From assembly GCA_038496445.1 (NCBI GenBank), contig JALMLS010000374.1, forward strand, positions 1-64,000: DNA of 64,000 nucleotides, written 5' to 3'. Below are positions 27,192 to 40,398 of this stretch, piece after piece. Within the stretch, counting starts at the first letter, position 1. Each line of letters opens with the position of its first letter. Source of the DNA: Trichosphaerium sp. ATCC 40318 (Eukaryota; Protista; Tubulinea). Position numbers and translations under genes: made by a program. The notes beneath the pieces are model-generated. The model had not been told where the DNA came from. It saw only the letters and a program-made list of their open reading frames with translations, and did not search any database.

Positions 27192-28953
27192 ATGGCTGAG
27201 GACTTTAGTTTCCTTGATGCGGAATACGACCCATGTACAAACTACTTGTTTTACAATTCTAACTGCTCTTTAAAGTCGAAGAGAGCGCAAACGACAGTTA
27301 TATTGATATTGTAGATTCTCAAACAATGATTGAAGCTGTAGCTCCTCACTCTCAGTATCCTCAACAAATACACTTAGATGAGGAACCACCACAAAATGTA
27401 AACGAATATTACAATCCATATTCAAACACGAGTGAAGTTATATATGCAGGCGATGCTATGGGCATGGACGTTCACCTCAGCGAACAGTCACCCATTGAAG
27501 GACAATACTTTGCTACTGGCTCGGGTGGTCAACTTTCAATGCTCGAGAACGAACTCTCTTTACCTTCAAACGATTGTATGGATGTAGACGATCACAATAT
27601 TGGTATGTAACTAGCTTGCAAACGGATAATAAACTCACTCTATGTTAGATTTGAGGCTAGGACCCAATCAACAAAAATCAGTAACAAGACCAGCATGCGG
27701 CAGAAGCGGAGTACGTTATGTTACATTTTTTCGAATAAATCTCATTAACATGTTTACTTTTCTGCCAGGGTGGGTTGTTAACAGTAGAGTAAAAGACGAA
27801 CCACTCTATTGCGCGGAGTGTGAGGGATTTAAAAGCAAAAAAATCAAGTGTCGCGTAGTATTAGAGAAGAGAGCAAAAAAAGGTGTAATTCCGAGAACAA
27901 ACAACGAGCTGTTTTTTATTGGTAAGCCTAAAACACATGACAACAAGTATGAGATCCAAATCGCTTTCGCATACGCTGGAGAATATACTATCTTATTTGT
28001 ATACAAACACTTGAAGGTTTCTATTCATGTAACGGTTCGAAGTAACAGACCAAGAACATATCCAGAAAAAAGCGAGAATCACGGATTATTTAAGAATGAA
28101 CTAGTTAGCCTGGCAGGCTCCAAATTTTTGAAAGGACTACCAAAAAAAGAGGTACCATATCTTGTTTCATAACGTAGTTCATTAATTGTGCCTACGATGT
28201 AGTTAAAAAACACTAAAGTATGCCTCAAAAAAGATGTTAAAAATCACTTCATGCAAACGCTTTTTAATTCACAGTATGTGACTTGCTACCGTTTCCTCAC
28301 ACGTGACCTTTTATTGTAGAATTAAAGATCCAAATCCAAGGGAAAACAACGCCTATGTACGTTTTACGTTGCGATGAGTGTGTTTGGCGTACCAGCACAT
28401 CAAGCGACTAACTCTTTTTTTTTGCGCAAGAGGTGGCAAGGACGACATGGTAAATTTCATGAGAACACTCTCGAGCTTAGAACAGTAAAAAAGGATCATT
28501 TTTTTGTTCATTTCAAAATTGCATGGGGCGATAAAGCCAAAAGGGTCGGAAAAGATCTCAAAATGAAAATAGATGTACGTCTTACTTTTTTTTTGTGTAC
28601 TTTTTTTGCGCAACAATTTGTCAATAAAAATATACATGAAAGCTGTACTTGTACTCTTGATGGCGCATGTAACCGAACAAAATTGATTGAAAACAAAGAC
28701 AAGCAGCTTCTTTTTCTTCTCTGTAGCGAGACTATTGTTAACACTTATTTCTTAGAGAGACATCAAAGAAACACTACACAAACATAAGATATACTGGGTT
28801 CCAGATGCCAACACATTGTTTATCTGGCCTACCGATTATCCAAAGGCTGTTGCTTTTGATAGTTTCCATGACGATGATATAAGTACTCTTGAATTTTTTA
28901 TAAAATCAAACAGTATTATATGCATTAGCCTAAGTAATTTGAATTTTGAATAA
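27192..28953 (+). CDS. Hypothetical multi-exon protein with an acidic N terminus and a beta-rich CxxC domain
   Basis: The exons splice in frame with GT-AG junctions. No family was recognised with certainty. Confidence 0.6.
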
Positions 28954-29070
28954 GTAGTGAACTTTGCCACGTGGATCTTGTACAAAACTCCCAAAAATAA
29001 AGTAACTTGTACCATGTTGGCACCAATGTATAGATCGATTTAATCTTATAATTTACACTATTTTTATTGC

Positions 29071-32000
29071 TTAAACAACACCATACCGTGATTTTAGTCG
29101 AAGAGCAGTTGCATGTGAAAAATGACTTAGTTTTGCTATTGCTATTTTTTCAGATATTCTAAAAGTTATGGCTTGTCTCATACGCCAAGATAATTTTTTA
29201 TCCCGTAACATATTCTCATCTTGTTTGTATGTTGTCTTAAATGTATCAAGCGTATATACACACAACTTGTGTAAAATTAAGAGAGCATCAATCTCGTGTA
29301 AAATCCCCACTAAGTGACTAATGAGCAAGAAAAAAGAAGGAAAATTGTGCTTTTGCTTACTTTTTTGACCTTGTATTACTTTTGACACGTGATATGAATC
29401 AAACCTAAACAACAGTGAGAATATTATTTGGTATTCGCCATACATAGATGCTTTGTTGAGGGCGAGAAGTCGGCCTATTATTAAGTTTGGCTTTGTTAGA
29501 CCAGTTGAAAAAACATCAAGTCCGTTTAGAACTCTGCTAACAATAGAGTACACTACTTTGTCAGCACTATTATTCTTAGGTATTTTTAACCGTCCAAGAT
29601 GTCCTTGTGTATCAATCAAAGCGAACCCATAATCTTTCAATAGCTCTGTGTTGCTTGTAACACCATAGTTTGATAAAACTTCGTCGCCTAAAAAATTTAT
29701 TTATAAGCAAAGTGATCTTGGAACTGGTTGAGCAAATTAAATATCATCAAAACTGTTCATGACAGGTAGTAGACAAAGTAACGAACCAGCTTTCCAATTT
29801 TTTGCACTATTAAAAAATCCAAGCCTAGTGTTATGTACTTAGTAGTTAAACACTAAAACGAAGAAAGAATGAAGCTATTTTTTTTTACTTGTTTGGACCA
29901 GATAGGGCTGTTTGATGCATAGTAGATGACGGAGAGTGGTTGAAAATATCAAATAAAGGTAATATCCACAACCTTTGTTTTGGTAGTAATCCCTATATTG
30001 ACGTAAGTATAGCAATCGAATAGAACAAGTTGAGTCTTAAGACGCAAAAGCTGGGCTTCTTGTTTTTTTCTTTTTTTTTCTTTTTTTGTTTCTTACCTCT
30101 TCGTTCCAGTATCTAGAGTGTATCATACTAATAGCCCAACAGAACTCTTCATAATCCACATTTTTTCCAATCTTAGTTTGTAAATCTAATCTGTTGTAAA
30201 CGCTTTTTATTCGGCTCTATAGCTTTGTTGATGAGTTCAATTATATGTGCCACCATTCTCTTACAAACGTACCCTTTCCTTTCTAAATCTTTCGTAACTA
30301 CTAGTATATCTCAAAGCCTTCATTTCATCTGGAGTAAAGAAGAGAATTGTACTGTTCTTAAGACATATGTCAGAAGCAAACAAGTACTAGATATTTCAAC
30401 TTACATCACGTGGTAGACTATCTATCCATGGCCACCATGTACTCTTGTGACCCAACTTATGTTTCTCTACCAGCATATAAACTGCAAGACAAGTTGGTAG
30501 GGTTTCTTTGCTACAAAGAAAATCAGCAATACTGAACGTCAGCCAAGGAAAATGCTCGTACCTATAGATATCATGAACAGCTTCATTGACTCGTTTAAAA
30601 ACTGGAGTCTTCTCGTTGAATGTATGGGCCAACGAAATAATGGCCAAAGGTTCTCTCATGTCTATAGATCCGGTGGCAAAAGCCCCGATACCCCGTGTAG
30701 GTGACCACCGCAATTCTGAAGCAAACAGTTACCAACAACAGAACATTTCTAAGCTATACAAACCAATTTTTGGATGTAGTTGTCCTCCGTCTTTCTCTAT
30801 CCAATTCAAAAGCCTTTGTATCTTTCTACGTATATCTGGAGGTGTGGACAAATCAATTTGACTCTTACTGTTTACCTCAATGGACTCCATTACTAATTTA
30901 GCTCCAACACTTTTTGCAATCCGAACTTTGTCAAATGATATAACTTAAGAAAAAAATAAGAAAAAATAAGAACAAAAACGCTTTCGTCGTACTAGCGAAG
31001 TCATTTGCATTTGGTATGACATAGCCTTCACTTAGTACTTTACCGTACGACGAAAACAAAACTGTGTAAAGCTCGTATTCAACAACACAACTGGCAACTA
31101 ACTGTCCGTCATCTCTTGAAACTGCTCCAAGTGTTAGCAACTCAGTTAAAAAAAATACGATTTTGTTGTTACCTAATTTCCATGGCCCTTTATGCGAATC
31201 AGTTACATGAAGTGGAGTTGAACTCCATACGAGTTCTGAATCTTTAGCAGTGTATTTTGATACAGTTAATAACCTCTTCTTCTTGTTGGTGTTTACAATC
31301 AAGGCAAACACTACAAACCCTTAGAATTAACCAAAAAAAAAAAAGTGATCATGTCCTTTAAGAAATTACACATACTATTGCCTTGTTTATCCCATGCAAT
31401 TTGTTCTAGTAGTTGGTGAATATGTGCACAGGGGTTTTTTAAATATGTGAACCTGCTGGAAACTCAATATTAGGCATGGATCTTTGAACAAGACCGCTTG
31501 AAGAAAGAGAAAAAAATCCATTATTTTTTCCTATTTTATCATCCCAATGGTGCCCTTTGAATTGTTGCACAACTATACCATCACTATGCTTTTGAAACAA
31601 TCTTATTTTGTCTTCAGTAGTAGAAGTACCGATCTTACTAAATACATATATCCCTTGTTGTGTCAAAGATGCTAAGAATAACCCTTTAAATTCATCAGTT
31701 GTTTCATGTAAAGTCCTTAAAAAAATAAAGTTAGAACGTTGTTTACAGTCTTCCACCAAAAGCACCCTTCAAATTCAATTGACGTTGCATAGTCTCCAGC
31801 AATATAAACACTACCGTCATATACAACAACATCATGTATGGAAGCAGTTTGCCAACTAGTAGTCGTAAGTAACGGATACATTAATTTCAAAAACTGCGAA
31901 GAACCTATCAGAAAAAACACAGCTGCCTTCGTTGAAGATTGCAATAAAAAATCCTCCTACAGGTGCTGCTTGGATCACGTGATCATCGACAATGTGCCAT

Positions 32001-32450
32001 GGTTTTTGTGCTGGGTTGATATAATGTTTAGACACTCATAACAAAGCAATAGGTGTTGATATATCGCGTACATTTATAGTTAGAAGCTACCACAACGAAA
32101 TTGTTTCCTGATTGGATTACAACTCGGTTTTTAGCGTCAATAACGTTTATAGATACAGCCCAGAGGCACTGATCGCTTTTTGAGTCGTAGTACGCCAAAA
32201 TAACTTTATTCGTGTCCTGCTGTTGTTTTCATCAATGAAATGAACTAAAATGCGTGCGGGGTACCTTGGTAGGGTTGTATTGGGCTGACGAGCATGAAAA
32301 TGGATGCTTCGCCGATAATATAAACGCTGAACCTCGTTTTGACGTATGGGTAGCGTGTATTCGTAATCCTGGTTGTTTATTCAGGCCTTTAGCGTAAATT
32401 ATGAAACAGCTTATCAATATGTAGTAATAGAGCGTATGAGGTACTCTCAT
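29071..32450 (-). CDS. Signal peptide + beta-rich N domain + SET domain + Rubisco-LSMT substrate-binding-like domain
   Basis: The spliced frame is continuous. SET motifs RGIGAFAT, WWPWIDSLP, LPLFDIFNHSP and GDEVLSNYG..N.ELL.DYGF. C-terminal AITFRISEK. Confidence 0.78.
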
Positions 32451-32821
32451 GGCAACGTAGATACTCCAGTGTCACTCAAAAGGCGTTGTCACGAACTGCA
32501 AAAAACTTAAGCAGAATAACTGCTATTCCGCGTATTTCGTTTTTGTGAGGTTAACCAGTGACAAAAGTACCGCTAACATACTGAAATTTTAATCTGTCAA
32601 TGAAAAAGGTCACGTGTATTCGATAAACATACAAAATAACTGCTGTCAGGTATTCAGTTTAAGATTTGTTTGGGCACAACCACAACGGCATTGGTATTAT
32701 AAATTATTAACTTGAAAGGAAGCACAATAAAACCAAGGTGGAATTCGAACTGTAAGTAAAATAAACCTGTACTTCAGTAATGGAGTATTTTATTGACAAA
32801 CATTTTCGGGTTTTTTTTTAC

Positions 32822-34495
32822 TTACATCTCAATACGCTCACCATCTTCATCCCACTCCTCAAAATCAGTTATTTCTTTTGACCCATCATCAGCAAGATTA
32901 ACATTATAAGTACTGTTTAATTGCCCATTCCTATGCCATTGTTTATAAAGTCCGTAAACACAACCATTAATCTTAAAACACTGAAGCCACATTTGACCAT
33001 TATCATACCACTTCTCATACTTTCCATTGTGCTCCATATTAGTCATATAATACCTCGCCTTGAGTTGACCATTTTCATACCATCTATTAACCTCACCATC
33101 TGTAATACCATTTACCTGTGTATATTGTTGATAAAGCTGACCATTTCTGTACCACTCTTTACAAATACCATCAAGTTTTCCGTCTTTAAAATGTTGTTCA
33201 AGGTAGAGTTGTCCGTTATCGTACCACTGCTTAGCAATACCGTATTTCTTTCCATTCTTTGTTGTACAAAGTACTTTAAGTTGTCCGTTATCATGCCAGT
33301 GCTTACATTCACCTTCAGTCTCACCTGACTTCATTGTACACTTCTTTTCAAGCTGTCCGTTGTTGTGGAATGATTCGTATTCACCTTCGAATTTATCATC
33401 TACCTTTGTACCTCTTATACTCATAATACCATTAAAATGATACTGATGATAGAACCCATTAGATTGGTCATCCTTCTTAACCGTATCAACAAATAATTGT
33501 CCATTATTATGGTACTCCTTGAAAGGTCCTTCTTCATTTCCGTTTTTCATTTGACAGTTTATTCTTAACTGTCCATTATCATACCACTCATTATACTCAC
33601 CTTCCTCTTTACCTTCTTTCATAAAACAATGAACTTCTAATTGACCGTTTCTATGCCAATCCTTAACTTCACCTTCCTCTTTACCTTTACGCATTAAACA
33701 CTTTGATTTGATGTTACCGTTATCGAAATAGTTTAATACTTTTCCTTCTTCTAAATCATCTTTCATAACACACTCTACTTTTACTTGTCCGTTCTCATAC
33801 CACTCACGGTAAGGACCCTGATCCTTATTATCTACTCTTGATACTTCAACCTTTAGTTGACCATTTTCATACCATTGTTTATGAGGACCAGTCTCCTTGT
33901 CGTCTTTCATAGTTGAGAACAAAGATATTTGTCCGGACTCATAAAACTCTTTGAAATCTCCGTTTTCTTTGTCATCCTTTAGGATCCATTCAAACTGCAA
34001 CTTACCACTACTATACCAATTTCTACGAATACCATGCCTCTTACCATTAATAACGTGACCCCGAACGTGTAATTGTCCATTCTTGTGCCACGCGAGCCAC
34101 TCTCCATGCTTTTCCATTTTTTCGTTGTAATGCGTCATTATTGCCGCTTTTTTACATAAAGTATGCCTATAAACGCACGTGAGTCAAGCGGGATACGAAA
34201 TAAAAAAAATTCTCTTCAAAAAAAAAAAAGATAGCAATGCACACGTGTGGAAGAAAACAGTTTTAAGCAGTCGGAAGGAGATAGAATCGTAGATTTTTTT
34301 TTCGAGTTTTTTTTTTAACTTCTCGTACCATTTGGTGAACGTTTCTGCGTTATATGTGCAGATTAGTTGTTGTACATCGCGAGGGAAGTCAAGAAACGAT
34401 ATTTTACGCGTTTTTAATTGATCTGGGTTCAATAAGCGTTATTTGTGAAATTAAGAACAGTTTAACGTACCATCTACCTTTAATCGCTTATTCAT
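32822..34495 (-). CDS. F-box-like + MORN-variant (YwqK-like) repeat protein
   Basis: Exon 2 reads FLDFPRDVQQLICTY. The long final exon has about 17 24-aa repeats of GxxxxWYxNGQL. Confidence 0.85.
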
Positions 34496-34779
34496 GACCT
34501 ATGGCATGTTATGGTCGCGAAAAAAGAAACGCTCGTCTACATTTAACGCGTAGTACTACGCAAAAAAGGGATAGAGAGCATAATAAACGTACGCAGTTGC
34601 TTCTTTCAGCTCTTACGTTAGCTGGTGTTTGAACACTACGACCCCAAGTGCTATTAGTACAATAAGCTGCGCTTCCGTTACTTGCTTTAAGTTGTAGGCT
34701 TCTTTGTTGAAAAAGTGCCTTAACAGCAGTTACGTCCGCGGACTATTTATCATCACAGCTCCGCCATTGCTCTAAAAGC

Positions 34780-36075
34780 ATGCTTCAGTCATCTAACGAG
34801 CTATCAGGGTATGTTTTGTATATTTTGACCCGTGCACGTTTTTTTTCATACTTCTTTGTTTTATCGTATTCGCCATTTATTGTACCAATACGCATTTCTA
34901 GGCCACTGGAATTGCTTTGGCTACCAACAGAAATTATATTTTGTATTCTGGCGTTTTTGGGCAGGAAATGCCGTATATCTGCCACGTTTGTTTGTAAACT
35001 CTTTTCTACAATCATTTTAGAGCATTTGGGGTATTTAACGGTGACAGTCAAGTCAAGAGAAAATCTAGTCACGCTGGGTGGTAGTCCTCTTTTAAAAAAT
35101 ACGAAAATAGTTATTCATTACGATTTTATAACGACTTACGATGAATGGCTTCAAGAAATGGCTGGTGTCCATACAATTGATATTTCTTGGGCAAGGTTAA
35201 CAGATAAAGGAGTTGAAGCACTCTCTGGGGTTCACACTATTAACCTAGCAAAGACAGTTATTACAGACAAAGGACTTGCAGCACTCTCTGGAGTACACAC
35301 TATTAATTTAACTGATTGTGAAAATATCAGTGACAAAGGTATCATTGCCATTTCAGGTAGTGTACAGAAAATACTGCTTGACCAATGTGACATTACAGAT
35401 AAAAGTGTAAGAGCACTAACAAATGCAACTGCAATATCTTTTGGTGATTGTAAGAGAATTACAGATGAAGGAGTAAAGTATCTGTTAACACGAAATCAAA
35501 CAACAAACAAACTTAAACAAATTGATCTTGCTTTGCACTCAAATATCAAACAATGTGTTGAAACTTTTGGCTGGTATACCTTGTGTAGGGCTTGCTCATT
35601 GTTTCCAAATAACAGATGATGTTATACAATGTCTTGTAGGTGCACAGCATATTAACTTGAATTATTGTAGATCTGTAACAAATGACGGGATAAAACAATT
35701 GGCAGATGTAAAACGGATTGATATTTCAAAAATTAATTGTGTTGATGATAGTACTTTAAAGGCACTTGCTGGAGTACATACAATCTTTCTTGATTATACG
35801 TCTGTGACAGATGAAGGTTTAAGATACTTGGGTGGTGTTAAAGTTATAAGTCTTCAATACTGTAAGCACATAAGTGACAAAGGAGTGAGCAGTCTATTGG
35901 TGCACAGAAATTAGTTCTATCAGGCTGCGCACAAATCACAGATGATGCAGTTGTTAATTTAACAAGCCTTGCTGAAATTGTTTATTTTAAAACTCAAATA
36001 ACAAAGAAAATGATTGATTATCTACAATGCAAAGCAACCACCAATAACATAACTACTGAGTTCATTAATTGGTGA
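34780..36075 (+). pseudogene. F-box + LRR copy B, with two frameshifts and an internal deletion
   Basis: Near-identical F-box exon start to copies A and C. Relative to the paralogues there is a 2-bp gap near 35538, a 1-bp gap near 35897, and about three N-terminal LRRs are missing. Confidence 0.8.
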
Positions 36076-37140
36076 TATTGTATTTGCTCTGGCACTTTTG
36101 TACTTCTATGGAGGTATGGTTCAACTTTTTGGCTTTTGATAAGAAATAAGATCGTTTGTGTACTTTGTAATAGCGGTTTGTCTAAAAGTTGAAAGCAGTT
36201 ACTTGTCATTTCAAATAAAGTTTCTGTTTTCAGCAGTATTGGTCTGTACTTACCAGGTATATCTTTAACCTCAATTATTAAAGATGCAGATGTGTCTGTA
36301 CCTCTGTTGTTGCCACACAAAAGTACCCATCTGGCTTTGACGAAAGCATCTTGATTTTCTTTTTTTTCATTCTCATTACTTTCTTTTGGATCTTCAACAT
36401 TTATTATTCTTCCAGTGCTTAAGAGCATCACCAAGAGACCTTTAAAACACTTAGAACTAACGCACAACAAAAAACTATTTCAAATCTTAACATAACTTTG
36501 CTGATATGTCTGTATATTCCGCTGGAATTCCAGGCGTTTGAAGAAACTAGCTGACCAACCATAGTCTGACATTACCGCACCTGGCACGCACAGATCAACA
36601 GATGGCAAGCAACAATCATCCCACTTCCCGCCCTTGAAAAAGGGACTTTTTCTGATCCAAAAAACCTGCATTTATTGAAAACTGAATTTGTGGATCCATT
36701 TTTTTGCATAAATAGCACGTGTACAAGATATAAATCCTTACTCGTGTGTTGCGTTTGAGCCACCGAGACGTTAGTATTCCTCCAAACCTGTCTTGTTGCT
36801 TGCTCTGTCTCTTGTTGGTTCTAACCTAGATTGTCGTCTAACGTGAAAGATTGGGTTCTATTAGACGCCAGTTTTTTACCATGAAAACTAAGTGTATCAT
36901 TTCCCGACTTGCTTCAACAGATTTTCCGTTTCTAGTAAATACGACGCAAAGTCACGTGTCAAAAGCGATGATGTCGCGTATTAACCACTACGCTATATAA
37001 AACGTATTAACACACTCACTCTGGAGTATGGTGGAACCTTATACGACAATGAAAGCGAAAATAGCAACGCTCCAATGATCCTAATAAAGGAATAATTGGT
37101 TTCTTAGCTTTAGCAGAAAGCTGTTTCACAAGGCCGTTGT
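36018..37140 (-). CDS. Hypothetical multi-exon gene, boundaries unresolved
   Basis: Several exon-like segments splice in frame (NQQETEQATRQVW, VFWIRKSPFFKGGKWDDCCLP). No clear ATG was found. Confidence 0.35.
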
Positions 37141-37213
37141 TCGAAACGCTTAACGGCACTACTGAACAATAAACATAAAACAAACAAACACAACACACAA
37201 GACAACAACTCAA

Positions 37214-38295
37214 ATGGTAAACTGGCTAGTAGCAGTAGATGAATCAAAATTCGCCCAATGGGCCTTCAACATGGTAAAAGCTTTTTTTGTTGCCTTTCTA
37301 CGCACGTGCAGATATAATCCTAACCCTTGTTTAGGCTATCGCGATGATGGACTTAAAGAACGATAAATTATTTCTTTACAAGGCGGCTCTCCCTTCAAAC
37401 ACACTTCTCTCACTTGTTCCAACAGCAGAGTTTCTAACAGAACACCGTAAAACTGAGGTACGCTTTTTCAGAGTTTTTTTTTTGTCTAAGAAAAACGCAC
37501 CACGTGATATCTTTCTTCAAACAGACGAATGGCTAACAAACATTTTTCTTGCTGGAACGTTTACTTATTTTTTGTAGACTCACACGTGCAAGAGAGTACT
37601 TCAGTTTTATTTCGAGAAAGCGAAGAAAGCCGGTACAGTAGCAGAACTCCTAATAGGATGGACCAAGCACCCAGGCGACGGTATTTGCCAGGTATGTAAA
37701 AGAAAATCACGTGATAAAAAAGGTATCTAACTAAAATGATATCAAAAAGGCTGTCACAACAAAGAATATTGGTCACCTTGTATTAGGACGAAGAGATGCG
37801 ACAAGCTTGACACGGTTAGTGTTTTTTGTCCTTTGATGAACTTCTGTGCGCTAATCATTAGTTTTTAGAGTTTTTATTGGTTCAACAACTAAGTACTGTC
37901 TGGAGAACGCTGATTGCAATGTCATTGTTGCAAAGAAGCCTTATGGTCCTGTCGAATTACACCTTACATCTCTTGCAAAGGTGATAGAGCTTGAAGAGGA
38001 AGAGCGAGAGAGAAGGGTACAGGAAGACCATTAATAATATGAGAAGTATTTAAAGGTGTTTAGATACAAGAGGAAAAACAACTCATTGCCAACGAGCAAA
38101 AAGAGAGACAAGAAACCTTAAAAGCAGTAAAGGAAGCTGAAGAGGAAGAACGTTGTAGAAGGATTTCGGAAGAATACGCCAAAGAGCTAAAGGATGAGGT
38201 ACAATATTGAAAAGAAAACTCTTATCTTTTTTTTTTGAAACTAACAAGAACTTGCACAGCCTGTCATAACAATATACGAATGGAACCGCTATTAA
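37214..38295 (+). CDS. Universal stress protein (USP) with a charged coiled-coil tail
   Basis: MVNWLVAVDES, HLVLGRR and FIGSTTKYCLENADCNVIV, followed by EEEER-type repeats. Confidence 0.9.
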
Positions 38296-38657
38296 CGCAC
38301 TGAACCACCTCTTTTGAAACGAATCAATAACTTTAAACTTTATGAACTGTAAATAAACAACCACATTTTAATTCTTTGGCATTTGAGTTAAGTGAAAGCA
38401 ATTTTTGGACGTGGCTTTGTATGGTTCTAGGTTTATGGTACATTTTGTATCTTCCAATGATGCCATACATATTAATTTAGTCAGTGCACAAACGGATAAT
38501 GATCTTACCAATGAACAGCCGTAGAAATAACATACAATCAACATTTGGTCTAGTGGAATTGCCGGCGCGTGACGTTATCAATGTTTGCCTGAGTTTTCAT
38601 ATGAAAAACAAAAAGGAGTATACCGTCAAACTGCTCACAATTACGATTGTATTATTT

Positions 38658-38739
38658 CACGTGCATCATGTGGGTATAATGGAGAAAGCTGTGTGACAGG
38701 GCATGTGTAATGTTCACGTGATTTTATCAAGTTCACGTG
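38658..38739. promoter_or_regulatory. Cluster of three TTCACGTG E-box/G-box sites upstream of the 38852 ORF
   Basis: CACGTG occurs at 38658, 38715 and 38734. Confidence 0.45.
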
Positions 38740-38851
38740 AATTTCGTATGAGTTTTAAGAATATTCACAACATCTTTGCATTAGCTCAACAACATAATCA
38801 AACATCTTACACAACGATAACAACAGCTAACTAAAAAACAAACTACTTACA

Positions 38852-39334
38852 ATGGGCAAAAATAAAAGCATCCTAGAAAAAAACCTCGGCAGAAAAACAA
38901 AAGTGGAGATTGATAAAAACCCAATCACCGTCTTGCTCATCACTTCATTGAAATCAGACAAAAAAACACTCGCTCCTGAAACCCCTACAATACCATGCCC
39001 TGTTCCACGTAAATACAAAGATGGGTATTGCGGATTGATTGTATACGAAAGCAAAAAGACTATTGTTATCGCGTGCAGGGGTAAGTACTGCCCGCGTGTC
39101 AGACGTTTGGTAGCACACGAGAACCTCTTAGACAAATGCCGAAAACAAAAGATAATAAACCCAAAAACTGAATTATATACCGTTAGTGGGTGGTCTATAA
39201 AGCCAGACAGCACTTTTGGGTATAACTCGAACTCATGCAATAGACATGGCATATGCACTAATGGAAAAAAAGAATTGGCAAAATGGGAGCAGGAGTTGAT
39301 CCATTCTGTATTTCAAAAGCGAAAAGCTCATTAG
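38852..39334 (+). CDS. Intronless basic Cys-containing orphan protein (160 aa)
   Basis: ORF preceded by a C/A-rich leader and followed by AATAAA near 39380. Confidence 0.6.
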   Translation: MGKNKSILEKNLGRKTKVEIDKNPITVLLITSLKSDKKTLAPETPTIPCPVPRKYKDGYCGLIVYESKKTIVIACRGKYCPRVRRLVAHENLLDKCRKQKIINPKTELYTVSGWSIKPDSTFGYNSNSCNRHGICTNGKKELAKWEQELIHSVFQKRKAH

Positions 39335-39399
39335 CTAGGAGCTGAGTTGCTTCGTGAAAACAACTGTAGATAGAAGCGCAATAAAAAGAAATATTTCAC

Positions 39400-40230
39400 C
39401 CTTGTTTTTCTAATAAGAACTCCATTGTAAAGTCACCTTTTGCTTAGGGTTACTAGCGCAGAAGATTATAGCAAGTGACAATCCCTGAATGTTTATGTTG
39501 TCTGAAATGTTTCTGTTAGACACGATAACATCTCTGTTACAATTACTGTACCATATCACAAAAATCCAAATAAACAATCCTTACATTCTCAAAAATTCTT
39601 GCAACTTGCTAGGTGATGTGGTTGTAGAAGCGGCTGGTTGTTTAGTAGAAAACGCGGTTGTAGGTACATTCGTTGGTGGAGGCGTTGTTGGTGGAGTGGT
39701 TGGAGCTTGATTTAGTATCATTAGAATCAGAATTATGACGGTACAAATAGTATTTTACCGGCGTTTGATAAGCGGGGTGTAACAACTTCGGTGAGTAGCA
39801 GTTCAATCAATGACAGATTACGATAGAAAAGTTATTTAATGTGGTGTAATTTATTGATTTGTACAAGAGATTAATCCAATAAATGGGATGGGTCTGGCTA
39901 CATTGATCCAGGTAGGGTCGCAGCGACATGGAGTCTCCTCCAATGTTGGACTAACAAGAACAAGTGAATCTAATTGAACAAAGACTCAAATTCTTCCTAA
40001 CCACAAATATTATCGATAGTGCTTTCTCTGACATATGTAGTTGCATTCTTTTGTGTAGTAACGTGGCTATGAACACGAGTTCAAACTTTGTAAACCCTGG
40101 TGAAAGTTTAAGCGCCAGGCACAAGATACAAGAACTAATTGAAGCTTTCTTTGGTAACAATAAGATAATCGCTAGCATTGTCTTCGTATTGCCATTGATA
40201 TTTTAAACAGACACAAAGGTGAATGTGAAG
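39400..40230 (-). pseudogene. Possible degenerate or truncated gene with a Pro/Thr-rich segment
   Basis: Exon-like pieces (PTTPPTTPPPTNVPTT; ETPCRCDPTW) are interrupted by stops, and no start is visible. Confidence 0.3.
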
Positions 40231-40322
40231 GATTTTTTAATAAGTCATTGCTACATAAATTAATGTTACATGGGACAGTACAGATCCTGCAGGAGTACAG
40301 AAATTTACAAAAAACCAGGTTA

Positions 40323-40398
40323 AAACGATTTTTATTTTCTTATCATGCTGATAGCTTTTACCAATATTGGTTGTACATACATCACCGGTCATGGAATT
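40323..40398 (+). repeat. Inverted duplicate fragment of the 2OG-Fe(II) dioxygenase gene (intron end + exon start)
   Basis: Matches the reverse complement of about 12595-12669 with a few substitutions. Confidence 0.85.

Noticed and set aside
32822-34138. MORN and LRR genes as an integrated giant-virus segment
   Set aside because: There are no viral core genes or boundaries. The genes have host-type 5' introns and are interspersed with ordinary nuclear genes.
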